A stretch of DNA of 32,000 nucleotides from NCBI GenBank assembly GCA_016699205.1, contig CP064964.1, positions 660,001 to 692,000 of the forward strand, read 5' to 3'. Positions 14,471-23,400 of this stretch are shown piece after piece. The stretch comes from Candidatus Saccharimonadota bacterium. GTDB taxonomy: Bacteria; Patescibacteriota; Patescibacteriia; 2-12-FULL-60-25. Under the pieces are notes generated by a model. It was not told the origin of the DNA. It worked only from the letters and a program-made list of their open reading frames with translations, and searched no databases. Positions within the stretch are counted from its first letter, which is position 1. Each line of letters starts with the position of its first letter. Both the position numbers and the translations under genes were made by a program.

Positions 14471-17400
14471 GCGGAGCCGACCTTAACTGGACCTTCAACC
14501 TCGCTGGAGACTTTGTGCGCAATGCGACCGGAACAACTGACATCGCCATTGGTTCTTCCACCCTCGGCAATGCTCCGTTTGTTTTCCTTAACAACACAAC
14601 CACTTCACGCTTCCTGATCGGCCAGAACTCCTCGACCGGAGCTGGAGCTGATCTCGTGATTGGAGCCACAACCTCAAGCGGCATGAATACGCTCTTCCAG
14701 CTCACTGGCGATGATCTCTTTGTGGCTGGCAATATCGGGTCTGCTTCCAGCGTGTATACCAATGGCGCGTTTATTGCTGGACCTGGATCTACGTACTATG
14801 GCAATGGTTACATCAACAAGAATGATGGATCGCTGAGGCTCTCAGCAAGCCTTGGCATTGTTGCTTCAAGTCGCCTTGATGCTCGATACCTAAATCGCTG
14901 GTTTCTTTCGCCGCTCTTGAAGACGGCTGTGAATGGCGGCAAGAGTGTTCGTGTTCCTGTCGGCAACTCTCCTACAAGCGCTGCTTTTGATGGCAGTCAT
15001 ATGTGGGTTGTGAATGCTGCTTCTAACAACGTTTCCAAGATTGATATTACGACCAATACCGTTGTTGCGACGACGACGGTTGGAACAAATCCTGTTGATA
15101 TTGCTTTTGACGGTACGTACATGTGGGTGGTCAACCAATCTTTTGGCAACGTTTCCAAGATTGATATTACGACCAATACCGTTGTTGCGACGACGACGGT
15201 TGGAACAGGTCCTAATGCTGTTGCCTTTGACGGAACACACATGTGGGTAGCTAACACAGGCTCTAACAACGTTTCCAAGATTGATATTACGACCAATACC
15301 GTTGTTGCGACGACGACGGTTGGAGCAGGTCCTAGCGGCATCGCGTTTGATGGCAGTCACATGTGGGTTGCGAATACTACTTCCGCTAATGCGAACAAGA
15401 TTGAGATCGTAAATAATACCGTTGTTGCGACGACGACGGTTGGAACAGGTGCTCTAGGCATCGCGTTTGATGGCAGTCACATGTGGGTTGCGAATCAAAC
15501 ACAAGATACCATCTCTAAAATTGATATCTCAACCAATACCGTTGTTGCGACGACGACCGGAGCGTCTCCTAATAGTCTCGCGTTTGATGGCACCCATATG
15601 TGGGTGACGAAGGGTATCGCAGCTGATGTTATAAAGATTGATGTTAATACCAACGCTGCTGTTGTCGTTACATCAACAGGTTCATTAGCTCCAAATGGCA
15701 TTGCGTTTGATGGCACCCATATGTGGGTGACGAACGGTGGTAACAATAATGTCATCAAGCTTCCTGTTGGTGGTGGGAATGGAGCGAATATGAACTTTGG
15801 CGTGAATCTTGTTCCTACGTCTAATGACACTTTTGATCTTGGTACGTCTGCGCTTGAATTTAGAAATGGTTTCTTTAGCGGAACCGTCTCTACGACCAAT
15901 GTTACCGTCGGAGGATTCAATGTTTGTCTCTCTAACGGTACCAACTGTCCTGCGTCTTCCGGCACCGAAACCCTCCAGTCGGTCACCGCACGCGGTAGCT
16001 TTACGACAACAACTGCCCAGTTCTTTGGAGGCTTTGTAGCTGCTTCATCGAGTGTGACCGGCACGTTGAATGTTGTTGGAAGTTTGAATGTCCTCGGCCG
16101 GTCGACGAATCGAGTGGTGTTTGAAACGCCTCTTGAACAGTACGTCACCGCAACAACAATGTTTACGACCATGTCGACATCAACGCTTGGAGACGATCCA
16201 AACAAGGTCATTGTTCAGGGTAACTATGCCTATATTCTTGCAAGCATCGGCACACCTCGTTTGTTGATCGCGGATGTGACCAATCCTTCTGTCGTTCAGA
16301 ATATTTCTACAACAACTTTGACTGGCGGTTCTAGCTGGGTAGATCTCGCGGTATCCGGTGACTATGCGTATACCGTTGACTATGCTGGAAACTTTAACGT
16401 CATTGATGTTTCGAACCGTAAAACTCCGCGACAGGTTTCTAACATTAATACGCTTTCAGGCCCGGGTGAGGTGGAAGTGGTCGGTAGCTATGCGTATATC
16501 ACTGAGTGGAATGGTGGGCGTATTGCCATCATTGATATTTCAAGCTCGACAAATCCCGTAATCGTCGGTCAGGGCCCAGCTGATATTTTTCCTTGGGGTA
16601 TCGAGATTCAAGGCAAGTATGCTTATACGATCGGTTACTATGCCTCTGAGCCATTTAGCATCTATGACGTATCAAGTTCTACGAATCCTGTTCGTCTTGC
16701 AAGCACGGCAGCTTTAAGCAATTTGGGCGGTAATGGCCAAGACCCGTTGCGAGTTCAGGGTCGATACGCTTATGTTGGCAGCTCTGCGTCCAATAATTTT
16801 TACGTGATTGATATCGTTAGCTCAACGAATCCGATCATTGTGTTCCAGGGTGCCGTTACGAGTACGGCCATCTCTAATTTCCGCGGCATGTCCGTGAACG
16901 GTGACTACGCCTATGTTTCAGAAGATGGTGCGGGAGAGATGCATGTCATTGACCTCTCCAATCCGCGCTACCCGCGTTATGCAAAGACACATGCATACGC
17001 TCCGCATACTTCTAACAAGGGCATCGATGTTGCGGGCCGCTATGCCTATGTCTTGCATGATGGATCTTCCGATGCCATGTCGGTTATCCGTATTGGCGGC
17101 ATGGAGACGAATGCCTTGCTTGCCCATAGCATGGAAGTTGGAACGTTGAATGTCCTTAGTACTGCTGACTTCCAGAACTTTGTCACGATTGGAACGGGTT
17201 TGTATGTCGGAAATTCTGGTATTCGCAGCGAAGGCGCTATCACGGTTGGTGGTGTAAAGGTCTGTCTTGAGGACGGAACAAATTGTCCTGGTGGTTCATC
17301 TGGTGGTTCTGACACGCTTCAGTCTGTTACCGCTCGCGGTTCGTTTACAACGACAACGGTTCAACTGTATGGCGGTTTCACAGCCTCTTCCGGTACGGTC

Positions 17401-20400
17401 ACGAGCACGCTCCAGGTTGGCGGACTTCTTACTTTCACGACGGCTTGGAGCCCATCGGGAACCATTGCTGTTGTCGGTAGCACGAGCACGCCGAGTGGTG
17501 CGTTTGAGGCTGTGATGCAGGGCAAGTATGTCTATACAACGACGAATAGTGCAACGAATGGTTTATATGTTACGGACGTATCCAATCCATATAAACCGCG
17601 CACCGTTGGCCATTTAAGTCTGTTTGATGATTCGAATGATTTTGATGTTTCTGGACGTTATGCCTATGTGGCTGATTCTGCGTCCAATATTTTGACTATT
17701 GATATCTCTAATCCGGCCCGACCGTTTGTTGCTGCAACGACAACGCTCTCTGCCGCTGCAATAACGGATATCGATGTTGTTGGCCCTTATCTCTATGAGC
17801 TTCAAGTCAGCTCCAACTTTCTCGATATCTATGACATCTCCAATCCGCTTGATATGCGATTGGTTGGCCGTGTCGACCATGGCTCGATTGGTGCGGATGA
17901 ACTGCGTGTTGTTGATGGCTATGCATATATCCATACGCAAGTAAATGGTATCGAGATCATTGATGTTAAGGATCCTTCGAAGCCAGTAATTGTCGATACG
18001 CTCGATTACACAGCGAATGCGTTCCGCGGCTTTGACGTATCTGGTGCTTACCTCTACGCACTCGCTAACGACACCTTGCATATTCTTGATATTTCTAACC
18101 CCACGAATGCCCGGGTAGTTTCAACCTCGACCGGTTTTAGCGCGTCCGGAAATGGCGCGGTGCGTATTGCAGGTAATACGCTTTACGTTGGAAATGACAA
18201 TAACTTCCACATCGTTGATGTCTCAAGTTCAACCAGACCGATTGTTCGAAACAGTGGGGCCGTGGGTACAGGTAGCGGTATCGTCTCGATCATTCCAAGC
18301 GGCCGCTTTGTCATCGTTCAGGCGGAAGAGCTCAATGTTGTCGATGTTGGTGGAATCGATGTGAGCGGAGCAAGGATTGGCGGAGCGTATATCGGCCAGG
18401 CGTATATCGCGGAGAACGTCACGGTTGGCCAGAACGCATCTATTCAAGGTGGTTTGAATGTAGGCATGAATGGCATCATGTCGCTTGGCGCGATTGGCGT
18501 GATGGCAACCAATACGACATCGACCTTCTGGGGCACGGTATCCACTACCCGTCTCTTTGTAAGCGGACGCGAGGTCTGTTTGGCTGACGGTACGAGCTGT
18601 TCATTCTCTGGCGGTTATGGAGCTGACGTAAACTGGATTTACAGTGCTTCTGGTGACTTCATGCGCACAACAACCGGCTCTACCGATGTCATCATTGGTA
18701 ACACCACTATTGCGACCGCTCCATTCCGCTTTGACGTTCAGACAACATCCAGTCGTCTCATTATCGGTCAGAATTCCAACGACCAAACCCGCGCCGACCT
18801 CGTGATCGGTGCCACGACTTCAAGCGGCATGAACACCGCGTTCCAGCTCACGGGTGATGATCTCTTTGTGGCTGGCAATATCGGTTCGGCATCGAGCGTG
18901 TATACCAATGGCGCCTTTATTGCAGGCAGCGGATCGACTTTGTATGGAGATGGATATATTGCCCGTACCACTGGCGACATCGTCGTGAGTGCTTCATCGA
19001 ATGTCTTTAGACCAAGTGCAAACAACACATTGAACCTCGGATCGGTCACAAGCTCATTCCGCAATATCTACGCGTCAGGAACTATTGCGTTTGGAACAGC
19101 AAGCGGATCGGCTCTCAACCTTGTTAACCCTGTCTTTACTCTTGCGACCAGCTCCAATTTCACCACGTTCCCGACCGGAGTCGCTGTCCGCAACAATATC
19201 GCCTATCTCGCCGACAGCAACTTTGTTGCACTCGACGTATCCAATCCTTCTAATCCGACCCTCATCTCAACCCTCGCTTCCGTGAATGCTAGCGACCTCA
19301 CGCTTGCCGGGGACTATGCCTATGTGGCTGCTGATGGTCTCAAGATTATCGACATTTCCCGACCGGGCCGTCCGGTTCAGGTCGGCTATTACGCTAACGG
19401 TCTCGGCAGCACCAAACCTGTTATCTCCGGCCAGTATGCCTATATGGGAGGCCAGGATTTCCAGATCGTTGATATCTCAAGTCCGACAGCTCCGACGTCT
19501 ACGGCGATTGTTACCCTTACAGGTTCTGTCGGAGGCGTTGATGTACAGGGCAAGTTTGCTTACGTTGCTAATGATACGACCTTCCGTATCTACGACATCA
19601 CGGACCCTTCCAATCCAACGGCAACTGGTACGCTCGGCGGCTTTAACAACCTTGGAACGGTGATCGTGTCTGGCCAATATGCCTACGTGGTTAATGATGG
19701 AGCCGATGTTGTTTCCATCGATATTTCGAACCCGGCTGCTCCGGTGTCACTCGATACCTATTCACCTGTCATTTCGCTTCAATTGAATGACATTACTCTT
19801 TCTGGCCGCTATCTCTACCTCTCCAAGCATGTTGATGGCATTGAAGTCCTTGATATTACTGATCCAAATGGCCTCATCAAGATCGCTGAATACAATACTC
19901 CGGGTGCCGCTTTTGGCATGATGATTTCTGGCAAGTACCTCTATGTGGCCGACTTTGGAAGCGGTCTCGCTATTCTTGATCTTGGTGGCGCCGATATCTC
20001 GAGTGCCAAGATCGGATCGCTTGAGATGGGCTCGGGTCAGGTTCTTAACAACCTCGATATCGGCGGACGTCTCAATGTGGCTGGAGGTATTCTTGCCGGT
20101 ATTGAAGGCGTGTTCTCACGAGGTCCGCTGGTTGGGTCATCGGTTATTGTGGGGGCGACAAGCTTTGCTACTTCGTCACGAACATCCCTTCTCGGCACGA
20201 CGGCTAACCTGTCCGTTCACAATGAGGTTGCCGTTATCTCACAAGGATTTGTTACTCCTGAGCTTCGCCTGTATGACGTTTCTCAACCTAAAAATCCGAC
20301 TTTGCTCTCATCAATTCTTGCCTCAACTGCAGGTAGTGAAGTGATTATCAAGGGAGATTATGTGTACGAAGTCGATACCACGATCCGAGCCATCGATGTT

Positions 20401-23400
20401 TCCAGTCCTTCGTATCCGGTTGTCGTTGCCTCAACTACCCTTTTAGCTCCTTATTCAGCATTCATCAGCGGACCTTACTTGTATGCCGCGCAAGATGCTG
20501 GTTTAGCCATCTTTGATATTTCAGATTCTCAATCTATCGAGTATCTCGATACGGCACCACTTCCGAACGTAGGACTTGTTGGCAGCAACCAGCGCAATGG
20601 TCTCTATGTCCGCGAACGCTTTGCCTATGTCACTGATATTGGTGCTGATAACTTCCACATTGTCGACATTCACGATCCGTATAATGCGACTTCCGTTGGT
20701 TATATCACTGGTTTTAGCAATCCGCAGGAAGTAGTTGTAAGCGAGGGCTATGCCTATGTGGTCGAGAGCTCGAGTAGTGAACTTAATGTAATTAATATTT
20801 CATCTTCTACCGGGCCGTTTATTGCTCGAACCATCTCTTCCGTGCAAGCTGGACCAACCGATCTTGCTTTGGCAGGTAACTATCTGTTTGTTGGAGGTTC
20901 GAGCGGCGTAACCGTCTTTGACGTTTCAAGCTCCACCAATCCACTTCAGGTCGCTACGGTACGCGCCGGAAGTGTTGTTGATCTTCAAATTGAAGGTAAG
21001 ACATTGCATGTTACGACGGCTAGCAACTATCTCATGTACGATATTCCGGGTCTTGTTGCCCCCGCCATGCTCGTCGGTTCCGTCCAGGCAGGCACAGGTT
21101 TGATTGAAAATGACTTCACGATCGGCAATCAGCTGTATGTCGGTGGAGGCATTCATGCCGGAGGCAGCATCATGGCACGCGGTTCCATCAGTGCCTCTGA
21201 TATCGATGTTTCCGGATTTGGTTCCGCAACAGCCGTACGTACCGTCCGTGTTGCCAGCCAATCAGTATATGCCGCCGGCGACTATGTCTATACGACGAAT
21301 GATGCGAGTACGCGCGTCCATCAGATTTCTATTGCCAACCCAGAGTTCGCAACCAATACGGCGGCTGGCGTGCTTTCCTCTGCAAGCGGACGCGACTTGT
21401 TTGTGGCTGGCGGCTATCTCTATGTCGCTCAAGGCACCAACGGCCTTGCGATCTTCAGTACGGAGAATGCTACCGGCGTTCTCAGACAGATCAGTACAAC
21501 CACCGGTCTTGGAACGGCTCATGAGGTATTTGTCTCCGGCCGCTATGCATATATTGCTGCGCTTGGTACGGGTGTGGAAGTGGTTGATGTCGGCAATCCG
21601 TATACTCCTGTCCTGAAGGAGACCTTTGATGGCAGCGGTACGAATTCCTCCCAAGGCGTTTATCTCCAGGACCGCTATCTCTATGTCGGTGATGGTGCTG
21701 ACGGTTTGCGTATTCTTGATGCCTCGGATCCGGTCGATCTCCGCCAGATCGGTATTCTTAATACGGCCGGTTCTGCAGAAAAGGTGTTCGTGTCAGAAGG
21801 CATCGCTTATGTCACGGATGATACCAACGGTCTTGTGATCGTCGATGTCTCCAACCCGGCAAGCCCTCGACTGCTCTCAACGGTTCCCCCGATTTCTAGT
21901 GGAAATATTTCCAATGTCACGAAAGCAGGTGACTATCTGTATGTGACATCGGATACGGGTTTGGGCAGCGTTGATAACTTCCGTGTCTTTGATGTTTCGA
22001 GTTCCACGCGTCCGGTTCTTGTGTGGGGCTTCAATGGTCCGGGGTCTCCGGCTGGGGTGGATGTGAAGGGACGCTATGCGTATGTCGGTGATGGCGAGCT
22101 CTTGCATGTGATCCGTTTACCGGGTGTTGACGCTCCTTCTGCGAATATCGGCTCTTTGTTTACGGGTCAATTGAATGTGGCCGAAGGTGCTGATATCGGC
22201 AGCTATCTCAATGTGAAGACGGGGCTCAGTGTCGGCAATGGCGGTATTCAGGTTCAGGGTCCTTCCACGATCACTGGTTCTTCCACGGATGCTATCCTCC
22301 GCGTTCGCAATGCCTACAACTCAAGTACCACGCCATATACGGCATGGGGTATCTTGGTTGATTCGATTGCTGTTTCACCTTCTTTCAACGTTCCTCCAGC
22401 TAACCGTGATTCTTGGTCGATGTATATCGATTATTCTTCTTCATCCAACCGTGGCGGTCTCTGTGTTGATGATGCAATCACTGGCGGCGGTTGTCCGATT
22501 TCCAACATTGGCGGCCGCTCGATCATGACGGATGCAGGTATCACGGCGAATGCCTTTGACTTGGCTGAGCGTTACTCGGTATCTGGTACGGCTGAAGGCG
22601 GAGATCTCCTTGTTCTTGAAACATCGACATCTACGATGGTTACGAAGCATTCGGGCACGATGTATGATCCGAAACTCATCGGTATCGTCTCCTTGAATCC
22701 TGGATTTGAACTCGGCTGGTTCAATCCTTCCAGTACCGATGTCGCTGTTGCCCTTACGGGCCGCGTTCCGACCAAGATCTCGATGAACAATGGTCCGGTT
22801 CAGATTGGCGATCCTCTTACGTCTTCCGATGTCCCTGGCTATGCCATGAAGGCGACGAAGCCGGGTATGATTATTGGTCACGCGCTTCAGAGCGCCTCTG
22901 CGACGGGTACGGCTGAGGTATTCGTTGCTGTCGGGTATTGGGCGGGATCCATCTTTAATACGGATGGTACGGTTGCTCTCCAGACCGATGACCTTACGAT
23001 CGATGCCGTGTCGATCGCTAGCTCAACTAATATCGCTGTTGATTCGTGGGGTCTCTCGTTCCGCGGTGCCGCATGGGATGAAGCTTCTTCAACGGTTGTC
23101 ACGAGCAGCTTTACCCTTTTGAACGATGTCATTACTGCTTCTAGCTCGATGTTCACGATTCAGAATACGAGTGGGACCTCGGTCTTCTCCATCGATGAGT
23201 TTGGTAAGGCGACGATTAACGGCGACCTCTCGATTGCCGGCAAGCTCTATCCTTCTGCCCGCGGCACGGTCCAGAGTGAGTACTACATCTTCTTGGATGA
23301 CATGCTTGGTCCGACATCGACCTACATGTCTACCAATGCTGATGGTTGGCAGTCGGAAGGTTCGTATGACTTGGCTGAACGTTATGTGTCTGAGCAGCCG

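Larger units (their letters stand above)
18788..22193 (+). repeat. Gene 1 copy of a 3.4-kb inter-genic duplication (two apparently identical blocks around a diverged 877-nt cassette)
   Basis: 18788-20180 = 28589-29981 (offset 9801) and 21058-22193 = 30865-32000 (offset 9807). Every line I spot-checked matched base for base, and all track shadow ORFs in these blocks have identical translations in both copies. Confidence 0.9.
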
